A stretch of DNA of 64,000 nucleotides from Phoronis australis (taxonomy: Eukaryota; Animalia; Phoronida), in assembly GCA_002633005.1 (NCBI GenBank), contig NMRA01000459.1, positions 43,335 through 107,334 of the forward strand, given 5' to 3'. The notes beneath the pieces were generated by a model that worked only from the letters and a program-made list of their open reading frames with translations, did not search any database and was not told the origin of the DNA. This document shows, in pieces, positions 36,795-48,223 of the stretch (within the stretch, counting starts at the first letter, position 1; each line of letters starts with the position of its first letter). Position numbers and translations under genes: made by a program.

Positions 36795-37787
36795 CAGCCC
36801 AGAGCACTTAGCATTGATGAACGAGGTGCCAAAATCTGACCGTAGGTGCACTTAGAGTCCACCTATGTATATACGGAAATGGTCGTCTGCCTTTGTCTGC
36901 ACTCTGGGTATGACGCCTGGTGACCTTACAAGGGGGTGAAACATGAGCTAGACTAGATATTCGAGGTATCGGCCAAAACTGGTTTAAATCGGACATTAGT
37001 ACCGCGCTGAACACCAAATGACCCACATGTAATGTAGCTCCGAAACTTTCAATGGCATAGGCCTATGGTGGTTGAGATTTTTGGGGATTTCTGTGGACAC
37101 AAACCAAAGTGTATTTTGTCTGTAATAGGACATTTGGTAAACAGTGACATGTATTCATTCACATGGAATTGTTTTTGTGGTACCTCGAATGCATGAGCAA
37201 GGCCATTTTGGGGGGTCCTTTTTGGGTTTCTAGCGGACTCGTTCTAGAGTGCAATTTGTCTGCCATGGTTCATTCGGTGCCCAGTGCGGTACTATTGTTC
37301 GTTTTGAATCAGTTCTAGCTAAAATTTTCAATGGCATATGGTGGTTGACATTTGGGGGGGGGGGGGGGCTCTNCAACCCAAAGTGTATTTTTTTCTGTCA
37401 TGGCATTTAGTGATCATTAACATGTATTGAGTATTGAATGATTTGGAATTAGTATTTTTTGGTAACTCGAACGTATGAGCTTGGACATTTTTAGGGGTCC
37501 TTTTTGGTTTCTGTTGTAACCATCCAGAGTGCAATTTGTCTGTCATGGGTCATTCGGTGTTCAGTGCGGTACATGCATGATACTATTGTCCGTTTTAAAT
37601 CAGTTTTGGCAGGTACCTTGAATACCAAATCTAGGTTATTTTTGACCCCCTTGTAAGGTTCCCAAGGGTCACACCCAGAATGCAGACAACGGCAGACGTC
37701 CATTTCCGTACATACTGACGTGGACTCTGAGTTATCCTATAGTCAGATATTGGTACCTCGTTCTTCTATGCTAAGTGCTCTAGGCTG
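36795..37787. mobile_element. ~1-kb fold-back element with ~230-bp inverted arms and an internal ~290-bp tandem duplication
   Basis: cagcccagagcacttagca..gaacgaggtgccaa (left) pairs with ttggtacctcgttc..tgctaagtgctctaggctg (right). Internal direct repeats start at about 37047 and 37326 (tttcaatggcata). No TSD is evident. Confidence 0.75.
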
Positions 37788-40700
37788 CCCAACTAAAAAC
37801 CGCCTAGCATCCAAGCTATCAACGAGAGTCCAACCGCGTCGAATTCTATGAGGACTCCATTGGTGGGTGACTCAAAAATACCATTGATACCGCGTACGAC
37901 GTTGATAACGCCGTTTGTAGATTGTATAAGTTCCACTTTCGCGGCTATCAATTAAACAAACCACTTTCTCACTAAAGCAATTGAATACTTTCTCTCTTGA
38001 AGTGCCTACGACCTAATCACTTTCTCAAGTACCTCATTTTTGTTGTGAACGGCACACTTTTCTCTCGAACAATTACAATTTCAGGGTTGGCTTACTGCAC
38101 GATTAGAGGTTGTTTTACTAAGTAAATCCAGTGTTAGCATGAGCCCGAATCGAATGTCTTGTTAAACCTTAAACTATGAGGCACGTTGATCGAATTATTT
38201 TACCAATTGATCTTTGTCATTAATTGCATAAACAGCTGTCTGAGTGTATTACTTTTTGTAAAATATCTTGTTTCATTATGTCTCCGGAACAGGCATTTTG
38301 ATTGTGTACATGGTCACTGTTGCTGAAGTACTTGCTAAATAATCGACGAATCGAAAGAACCTGAGTGCATTACGCAAACTCGGGGCACTTTCAAGGTGAC
38401 TCTGGCGAGAATTCCATAGATTGAGTGACTGATCTTGTTGAAATCACAAACTGGTGCCTCAGTGTCTCTGACAAAAATGCATATCTTACAGAAAGGACAC
38501 TCAATGGAGCTTCTCAGAGATATAGAAATTCAGCGAAGCAATGTTTTTATCGCCACGGGAAAAAATCGTGGAATCGAAAACTGACCGGCACCAATCTCAG
38601 AGAGGAAGCACAATTTGAAACGCTCTTGTCCTCTAGATTTAGGCTAATTTATGTCATTACCAACCAGACTTCTCAATTTCTGTTTGGCTGAAATTTATCT
38701 TTATTTGCAACAAAAATTTCGTTCTTAACGAGAAAATATTTTCAAATTGGCTAGACTTCCAGATCCGGGTAAATCCCTAAAGCAGAGGCCAGAATGGTAG
38801 ACTTTTTCACTCAAAACATCTTTAAGGAACTGCGGAATACCGTTTGCGGCAATCACTTCACATTCAGTCCACAACCTCACCGGCCAATCACCGCGGAGGT
38901 CGTCACTGTTTCTAGGGTACCACCTTGTAATGGAAATAGCAAGCACTGTCTATAACATCATTCCCGCCTTCATAAACATGCAATCGATATCCACCTTACA
39001 AGCTGTGGGGAGTCAAGAATTATAAAGCCGCAATCATTACAAGTTTCACGTGCCTCAACATATCAACCCAGGTTCTAAGTCCACATGGATGAAGATTTTA
39101 AATCAGGGAAACTATTGAGAAACTATTGAGAAGTGTCTGAAGTTATTGTATGAAGAGATATAATTATCTTGGAAGGAAACTAGTCTATTAAACTCAGAAA
39201 TTCAATTTCCGATGTACGTCGTCAACTGTTTCTCTACAGAGCCATGCGATTAACCAACATACACTTGACTTAGAAATATAGACAGTTCTATGCTTATAAC
39301 TAAGAATTAGCCTATCGCCGACATCCGACCTATTGTCGTGCAAAGTTGAGCGAAAGGAGGCACAGAACAGTTCTCACTGGGTTTTTGCCAGCAAAACATA
39401 CATCACTTGATTTGTCACCTTTTCTTCACTCTGTCAAAAACAGGATGCAAAGAATGGCATGTTTTCAATTATTTCACATAAAAAGCCCAGCAGATGAGCA
39501 CAGAAACTTTATTCTCTCTTGTATTTTTGACCATTTCATTCCCACTGAAAACCAAGCTAGACTAAGAAAAATAAGGGCAAAAAAATGCAAAATCGGCACT
39601 TTTCACCCAAAAAACACCACTTCCCTGCCGATGCACGACTAAAGCCAACATTAGAGTCTGAAAGCGAATTTCCTACCGATTCCGAAAATGTGGTCCAAAA
39701 GTACTGTCAACCAACTAGGTTTTTGGCAAATCTTGCTTGTTTGAGGGCTACCTAAAATCACAGCCAATTTCTCGGTCGCTACCCAACAATGCACAATTGC
39801 AGCCGGGGGCCGCCATCTTGAAGAAGAGTGCAGCTACAGCCAAGAAAGTGGCCTTTTTTATTCACAGCATGTTCACAAATACAAACAAACCACATTCACT
39901 GAGCCTACGTGCAATCCCCACCTACAAAATGCCCCCTAACTTGGCCTACCCCAAAATTTCAATATTTTGGGAGTGCAAATTGGCCGCGTCCGCAGCCTAA
40001 CTATTCAGTGCCACCAAACCCTAGAAGTACCTACGAGGAGGGCAGGACTGAAGATAGTGACACCTAGTGGCTAAACGATCATTGGTTTAGCAACTAAAAT
40101 AGTTTTCAATCCAGAACATCTTTCGGCCTAAAGAATTTTTGCTTCGGTTGCAACAAAGGTTGAAAGTACATGGTGTTTTTAAATAAAAAACATTTTGAAT
40201 TGGATTAACACAATAGAGATGTTGTGTTCGAGTTAATAAGCTACCTTCGTAACCAAGAACAGAATTTACCAAATAAGCATCAATGGTAGGCCAAAAATTA
40301 GAGATTTTTAAAATTGTTAATGATCGCAGAGTCTTGTCTTGTGCATCAAAAACAAGCCCATATATTCGCAACATGTGACTGTTTTCTTGTAAAAATGGAG
40401 ATTTTTACAGAGATCACCGTAATTTCCGCAAGCATGACTTTTTCGCATGAAACACGGGTACCGTTTCTATGTGTTGTCCGAGATTTACTTTTGAAGGTGA
40501 AGGATACCTTCGTTGTCAAGGATATGACGTACAGTAAATAACTTTCGAAATATTAATAGTTGACCAATCATGGATTAGAATCTTATCGTGTGCCCATATA
40601 AAGCAAATTGTACTGATATTCGCAATGACACTCTTGTGTTCATTTCTAAAACGTGATTTTTGAAGGAATTCTCTAAACTTTCCGCACGAAACTTTCAAAT

Positions 40701-41475
40701 TCTATTAGCGACTGGTACTTTTAAGGCCTTGCAGCCCGAGACCTTGGCTGTCAAAAAATCACGGCTAACACTTTTTCAAGGAATGTTCACGTTTCTATTT
40801 TGAAAGCTTCATTCTCAGAGTAAAAAGGCATTAAAAGAAAGTCCAAGACTTCTATGTAGCTACGTAATATAATAAAAACAGAATTTTAAATTTCATTTTT
40901 AGAAAAAAATATTCGCATGATAAGGAGAATCTGGGCATTGTTTGGTGCACTTAGAAGATTCTGAGATCTCCACGGATTTTTGAAAATGTTGTTTTATGGG
41001 TCTAATTTTGATATTCAAAAGATTTTTAACAACAACTCTTGGTAACGAAGCCATCTTTTTATTTGAAGTAGGCGATATGGACGGGAAAAGCGATTTTCAG
41101 TCGAAACCGGAATCGCGCCCACGTCATCAGAGGTCGCACTCCAACGCTCGTGTGGCAGAGCTAAACCATATTTGAGTATTTTAAGCGTATAATTGGCAAA
41201 TCCACCGGTTAAGCATGTCGTGAATGTCTGCATACATGTACATGTACATAAGTACAATAGACCAGGGTAGTGTTCAGTAACGCTAGGACATACGCTATGA
41301 CCTCGCTAAAATTCAGCCAAAACACGTGTTCCCGTTTAAAATACACGGCAATATCTCACGTAATCTCGCAAAATCTTGCTTTTTAGCGAGGTCCTGTCGT
41401 TACTGAGCTCAGTCCAGGGCTGAATTCGCAACATCCGGACAAATTACCATTGTTTGTATCTTTAGTTTCCTTTGA

Positions 41476-41979
41476 AGAGGTCTGGAACGTGATAAGCAGA
41501 GTAAATTGCAATATTAGATGCGGTTTTCTGCCACTGAAGCAGAATTAATCCTGCTCACCAGGTATTTTTAGGGTTTTTTGTAAAGATGTTCAATTTCTAT
41601 TGATGTCAAAGCATTTTGTTTTCTTTTCAATTTTCAAAAAAAAAAACGATCTGTCAACACCTCGCTTCTTCGTCGATTTTCTCCTATAAAAACAGAGACG
41701 TAGCACATTTCCGTTACATGGAAAGTGTGACATTTGACCTCAAACGACTTCAAGCAATTGACTGTGAACGCATGCGCGCATTTATCATACGTGGGAGGGA
41801 GTTTAGAAACTCTGTGGTAACCCCAGAATTTTTCCTTCGTGTATATTTCAAAAATCGTGAACTTTGTGATTGGATCAAGAAATCTCCTCACAGGGGAAAT
41901 TGAAGTACTCTGTACTAGACATTGCAAGATGGCACTTTCGTCAGGATATTTTTGACAAGCTTTTGCCTTTCTAGCCTCT
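41476..41979 (-). mobile_element. ~500-bp TTAA-type non-autonomous element, copy B
   Basis: TTGA|AGAGG...CCTCT|TTAA. Reverse-complement homolog of 17903-18415. Confidence 0.7.
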
Positions 41980-44359
41980 TTAAAACTACGAGTGGTCTTG
42001 CATAATTATGGTGGCTATAAAAATTCACGAAAACATTTTTCTCCACTCATAACTCTTCCAGCAATCGAGTTAATATCTCTAACTATTTTCCTACTACTTG
42101 TGGTTACTGTCTCTATCTTCATGTATAGACTGATGGATAGACTTAGTGAGTCTATTCGGAAACTTGTGATGTGTTTTATAGGAAGAGCGAAACGCCTTTC
42201 CTCGGTGGCAAATGTTTGATTAAGACGGCTAAGAGTATCCGTGAGCGCCGCAGGATTAGAAGATGAGATGTTGTTTCGAAAAAGATATTTTTGCCTAACA
42301 TTTGTTGTAACAACTTTGGCGTATACCGTTACATGAACAAACTGAAAAGGGACACAAAGTAGATGGTTTATTAAAGATGACACCCCCAAGGGATGTTTCC
42401 TAATTACGTTCTTTTCCTGGATTTTCACAGTTTTACGAAGAAATTATTCTTAACCCCAAAAACCCATTTTTTGTATTTGTAGTAGTAAAAAGACATCATT
42501 AACGGTGAAATGTGGAATGACGTCATAATAGAGTGAAGTCATGGTGACGTAAATTCTAATCCTTAGTGATGGTAGTAGATGGTGAAGTTTGGATCCGCAA
42601 ATAACAATAGACATGCCACACTGACAAAACGTCTTAATGACGTCAAGATGACGTCCTGCAAAACATTCCTATACTGGCTCTAGTATTACAAAGACTATCG
42701 GGCTTCAGATGTAAACAAATTCGGCATTGAGGAAGTTCGATACAACGAAGGGGTGGAAAGTAAGTTTGGTTTTCAAAATGTTTTCAAACAGCGTTGTGAT
42801 GACTCACACGATCAAAGCTGGCTGGAAGTGTTATCTACTAGCAAGTTCAGTCCGTATGTGCGTTCTAAAGTACAGCCTATCAAGGAGATGTACCTGTACC
42901 TGCACAGAACAGCAATACACGAATCAGCGTTTAGGAGACAAGTAACCAAATTCTGTCAAATCATATAATGGGAGACAGCTTGGTAATGATAAACTGCTTT
43001 AAAGAACGAAGTTCATTTATTTGTTGTAAAAATGTCCAATGTATGAAAATATGCCAGACCAGTTCTTATCAAATGACGTTTTTGTTGAGTTGGAAAACAT
43101 TCATAAATTTCGAAACTGAGAAAACTAGAAGAGTTCGGAGGGTACGTAAAAACCGTATATAACCTAGTACAGTACTGTTTCTATTGTCTGTTTATAGGAT
43201 TGTGAAACTGGGCGGTGGTCTATTTACGGTGAAATATATGCATGCATTATACTAATTAGCCAATACTCAGCTCTTAACCAGAGCTGAATTTCCCGCCGGA
43301 GGGCTTTTCACCACTTGGTGAAATGGAAATAAACCAAAAGAATGAGAAGAAAACGCTTGTTCAGTGTGTTAGTATTAACCAAATCAAATTCCCTTGACAC
43401 GTTTAGAAAACCACAAACGGTCTCACCGGTTACATTTCGCCTTTTTTCCTTCCTCTAACTACAACGAATCAAATCGTCTGCCCATCTTCTACCCTTTGTC
43501 CTATTGCGTCACGTGGAGACCCGAATGTCAGCCCATCGAATGCTTTAGTCCATGAGTTCACCGGTAGGTTTAAAGCGCAAATGGCGGTGTGACAAGTGAA
43601 AAATAAGAATTCGAATCTCTGAGTAAATAAGTTCTTTCAAAGGTCTTGATTTCACGCAATCGCAGTTTCGACGCGGGCGGGTTAATGTTTGACGTGCAAT
43701 TCGAGTGAGAGGTGTATACTAAATGTATAGCACTTGATTCTACACTTTCACTGCGCGGACTTACAACCCTATTTACAACTGTAAGAGTTGGTTTACCGAC
43801 TATATACAACTAGAACAGTACCGATACTGTTTAGACTTATTATCTATATTGATTCAGTTACCCATAAACTCTATCGAGCGTGTTAGGACTCGATGAAAAG
43901 AAAACTGCATGCTTACACGTACATGTACATGTACTTTACAGCCACCATACATATACGTCAAAAAGAGTAAATGTATTTCATCAAAGATGTGCACATGATG
44001 GTTGAGTTAACTAGTTAATTGACAACTGGTGACCCCCCGGGCAGTGTCTTCATAACTTAAAATAATGACGATCGATGTACAAGCGTTTCAAGCCCAGCGG
44101 GTTTTGTTCAACGTGTTAAAGTAACAGAACTACACACTTTTAACACTGGGGAAGACGCATCATCGCATTGAGGGCCAGGGATCATTAAGAAACTGTCCTA
44201 AAGCAGGGTTTGGTATTCTAACGGAAGAGTTTGCCATTAATGTAGCAGTTGAGTCATTGTTGTTTTATTTACTTTATATATATTATGTAGATCTAGAAGT
44301 TATGAAAGGCCTACTGGCCCTAACCGGTTGCTGCCAGTCTGGTCGCTAAAGGCACTCTC

Positions 44360-44630
44360 ATTTGATAATAACCCATAAAGTTATCTCACTAGTGATATAA
44401 CATTTTGGCGGGAAACCGAGGCCGGATTCGAACCCGGGCCTCAACAGTTGCGAGTAGCCGACTTTACCACTGCACCACTCAGCGGCTGACGTCATCAAAC
44501 GTGAAAATAGAATACTTAAATGAGCACGCGCAACAATCGCATGTTCAGCAAAGGGCATTGCACCAACAATTATACGCTATGAAAAATAAGACGCATAATT
44601 TCCATAAAAACGATATTTAATTCAGTGAAA
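44360..44630 (-). repeat. tRNA-like-containing repeat, uninterrupted copy
   Basis: The minus strand at about 44417-44487 has A-box GTGGTGCAGTGGTAAAG and B-box GGGTTCGAATCC. Palindrome gttatctcactagtgatataac at about 44380-44401. Homologous to 24340-26560 minus the Kolobok insert. Confidence 0.8.
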
Positions 44631-45010
44631 TTTCTCTCTCGTGTTCTCTCACTTGTAAATCACCGATCTCCAATTTGAATGCAGGTGTCGTGTGGTCGGG
44701 ATCCTTTGACTTGAGCATTATAGTCAGTTACTTTAGCAGACGATTTATTCCCGGTCGAAGCTTAGCGCGATAAAATGTGTAGTAAGCTATAACAGTTGCT
44801 AAACCTTAATTTATAGATTCACTTTATTTCTATTTTGTTTTATTATTGGTTTTGAGTAAAAGCATTATTTTACAAAAATAGCTCGGCTTTTCGTAAAAGG
44901 TCATGACCTCCGACCCTGGCCTCTGACATAGAAAGTAGTTACAAAGCCGAGGCGAGTCGAGAAAGGTAGATCGATTCATTGCAATGTTTCTCGTTCAGTA
45001 TGCGGTATAA

Positions 45011-45174
45011 ATAGATTATTACATGTTCTCAGTCGTTATCCCCCTTATCTAGAGCCCTCGTGGATTTTGTAGAATTATCACCCTCGGGGCTAACGCCCCT
45101 CGGGCGATAATTCTCCAAAATCCACTCTGGCTCTAGATAACGGGGGATAACGACTTCGCCATGTAGTAATCTAT
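45011..45174. repeat. 164-bp imperfect palindrome (Crypton-like non-autonomous element)
   Basis: Arm atagattattacatg..agtcgttatccccc..ttatctagagcc..gtggattttg.agaattatc.ccc..ggggc, then a TAAC loop, then the mirror arm ending catgtagtaatctat. Confidence 0.85.
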
Positions 45175-46035
45175 ATATATCTACTCGTGAAATTCATCGA
45201 TAAACTTTTACGACAATAACAACCTTAGAAACGAAAACAATGTCACGTGATAAATGTATGAAAGGAAATCGCCATATTATTTGAAATTCAAAGTGAAGCC
45301 ATTGAGTTTTCATTTGCTGAGCTGACCCGATGTTCCCTGTTCGCAGACACCAATTCAAATTAAACACTGCAACCTCCATTCTAGTTTGCTCGTCCCGTCG
45401 AGTTTTAACTCGTCAAAGGGCTCAGGGTGCATACAGATGTACATGTAAATTGTGAAAGAGTGGTTTGAGAAGGTAGGTTTTAAGGCGAGTATGGGCGTCT
45501 AAATTTTTGAGATGTCGAGTGTTAGTGTTTAACCAACCGGCCATCAGGAGCCACACTTAGACTTCACGGGTAAGGAAAGAAGTTTGGTGTGAATAAAGAC
45601 AAAAATGTAATAAGGGAAGTGAATTAAGTGACATGGGTACTCACGCAGACATGGACGCTATCGATGAAGTCTCGATCCCATAATTTTAGGATGCGTGTTC
45701 AGCCGAGCCTGGGCGGTTAAAATTTTAAAATTTTGGGGGTGATTCCTACTTCCAAACTATTTCACTGTTTGCGAGTCGAGAATAAGACGACACAGCTTAA
45801 TATTCGTTTCTATACGTTTAAAATTATATTAAATTTGTACGGTATTGTAACCGTGAAGGTCGCCAGGTCACTTGAAATTAAACGTGACTTACCTAATTGA
45901 CTCAACTGATTGTGCGGCAACTTGGTTGCCTGGACTGTGTCAACGAGAAAACACATGAAGAAAACAGGGGAGGTTGACAAGGAAGTGCCACAATGAAATA
46001 CATAGACGTTGAGGTTGGTATCAAATAAGCACAGG

Positions 46036-46110
46036 AGCCCCAACTGGGAATCCAACCACAGGTCTCTAGATTCCGGTCTAGTGCTCTTACCACTGAGCTA
46101 TTGAGGATCC
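46036..46110 (-). repeat. tRNA-derived SINE head or tRNA pseudogene
   Basis: Minus strand TAGCTCAGTGGTAAGAGCA CTAGA-CCGGAA-TCTAG ..GGTTGGATTCCC. The anticodon loop has 6 nt and the B-box is mutated, so it is not a functional tRNA. Confidence 0.6.
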
Positions 46111-46856
46111 GATATGTGTGCAATGTATTACCAGCATAACTCGTTGTGGGCTCGTTGTGAGATAATAGAACATTTTGTCTCGAGTTTGGTGACAAATACA
46201 GTCAGTAATTACTCAACTTACTTAAATACAAGTGGTAATAAACGTTTCAATAGTACCTCATTTCGCAACTACGAATACAAAATCGAACGTTCTTTCAGTC
46301 GGGCAAAGTATAATTAACATCTGTGTTTTCTATCAATCAAAAATAGGTCGAAAGATTCTGAGTGACAGATATCCAACTGAGTTAGAAGTGAATTTCGGTT
46401 ACCAATAATTTACTTCACGCTTAACTTTATTTTGAAGATTATAACCGAGTTGCGTTAATAATTACGTTATCTGGCGTTTTTTGTTTTAGTTAAATTCAAT
46501 CGGCTCAATCATGACGGATTGGCCACCCTGGATTTTGGAATTTCCCACGGTATTTCCTTGAATTTTAGTTCCACAAAGTGTGAAAATGATTGGCATGTAT
46601 CTTAGTGGTCTTTGAGTTTTGTCTGCAGTCCTAAGCTCTTGTTCGGCCACACATTTATCATGAGCACGACACTCCGTGAAACCGCGTCTGGCTAACGGGA
46701 ATGAGAAAGTTCTCCAGGATGTGAAAATTCATCTCGTTATTGAACACGTCATCCAGCACGCAGCGTTTCAGAATTTACTCGGTATCAGTCGGTGAATTTA
46801 ACCTTTGGGTTAGTGCTGCGATGTAGACATATATTGTAGTGAGATGTTGCGGAACA

Positions 46857-47000
46857 CATGGGCGGCGCACCATAGGGGGCTGGGGGGCTATAGCCCCCCA
46901 CGTTTTTCAGTGCTACGCCGCACATGGTCTATAGGCGGTGCACCACAATGGGGCTGAAGGGGCTTTAGCTCCCACTGTTTTCAGTGCTGCGCCGCCCATG
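46857..47000 (+). mobile_element. Head-to-tail dimer of a 70-bp MITE with a 5-bp TSD
   Basis: GAACA|CATGGGCGGCGCA...TGCGCCGCCCATG|GAACA. Units are 46857-46926 and 46930-47000. Confidence 0.8.
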
Positions 47001-47440
47001 GAACATGAACTCTAGGCCCCCAGGCTGGTATCGACAAGCTTCTCAGCTGTTATACATAGAGATTCTTTAGAGTTTCAGTGTGTCGATGATGTCCGATTAT
47101 ACCGTTTCATGATAGTGATTGGTCGAGAAATTCCTTGTTGCACCCAAAGCGGTCACGTGTTTTAGGAGCCATACGCTGTAATTGATTAGTTTCATAGGAA
47201 ATTAAAATAGAACAACAATTTGTTGTTCGAAAATACATCTATTTCAAGCATCAAATTGACATTTCATCTATTGTGAGTGAGCTTTAAGGTACTCCCTAAG
47301 GGTGAGTACAAACCAGAAGATGCGAGCTGAGCTATAGCTGAGCTCACAACTCAGTGCCAGTTACCCAACACAGCGAACAAAATGCTCCCTGACCTCTTCA
47401 GTACATTTGCAGTCAACAGCATCAGTGCACAGTGTAGGCC

Positions 47441-47967
47441 TATAAGAAGCGCCAACCTTTCTGCGCGTTAAATGTGGATATTCAACGCGCACTTTTGCTT
47501 AATCATCGCGTAGTATAACTTATTCAACGCGTTGAAATTGTTCTTAAGCTTGTGCCTTTCTGTGCTTATTCAACGCGTACCAATGCTTATTCAACGCGTA
47601 CTTTTTATCAGTTCATATAGCCAATTACGCCAGTGCTCTCAAATGTAAAAATGGCGAAAGAAATTCTACACATGCGTGCAAGGTCTGTTTCAAAGATTGT
47701 TCAAGTGAGCACGTAAACAATGACGCGGTTAACCTTGTACAGACTGTAAACTTGTCTTGATTGGACATAACGAATGACTAATTCGTCGGGTTGATTAAGC
47801 TATACTACACGTTGATTAAGGAACACTACACGTTGCAGCAATACTACAGGTACGCATTGATTAAACAAAAGAGCTGAGGAATAATCGTTTCAGAACCAAA
47901 TTCAGCGCCTTAAATAAATAATTCAGCGAGTTGATTAGGCAATACTAAGCAAAAGTTGGCGCTCATA
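47441..47967. mobile_element. ~530-bp MITE with ttattcaacgcg sub-repeats and TAT..ATA ends
   Basis: Left tataagaagcgccaacc, right gttggcgctcata. ttattcaacgcg units on the left are mirrored by cgttgattaa units on the right. TSD not resolved. Confidence 0.55.
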
Positions 47968-48223
47968 GCACATTTCAAAGTGCAGAAAGGTATTCGTTTA
48001 AGAGCCCTTTGGGGCTTCATATCACACACAGTTACAATGACCCAGTGAGAGATCTGTTGTCATCAGATGACGCAATAATTAATTTTCATTCAGGTACGTG
48101 TAATCGGCTAAAAGTTTAACTTATATCGTCCTGTTCATTTTGCCGCAGGCTTAAGGTGTAAGCTTACATGTAACTAATGTTTATTCGAGGCGCGTAACTC
48201 TTCGTCTGCAGCGGTCGCCTTAA

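Noticed and set aside
46036-46110. Possible functional tRNA gene (also 19853-19929 and 44417-44487)
   Set aside because: Irregular anticodon loop, poor acceptor stems or mutated B-boxes. Treated as tRNA-derived repeats.
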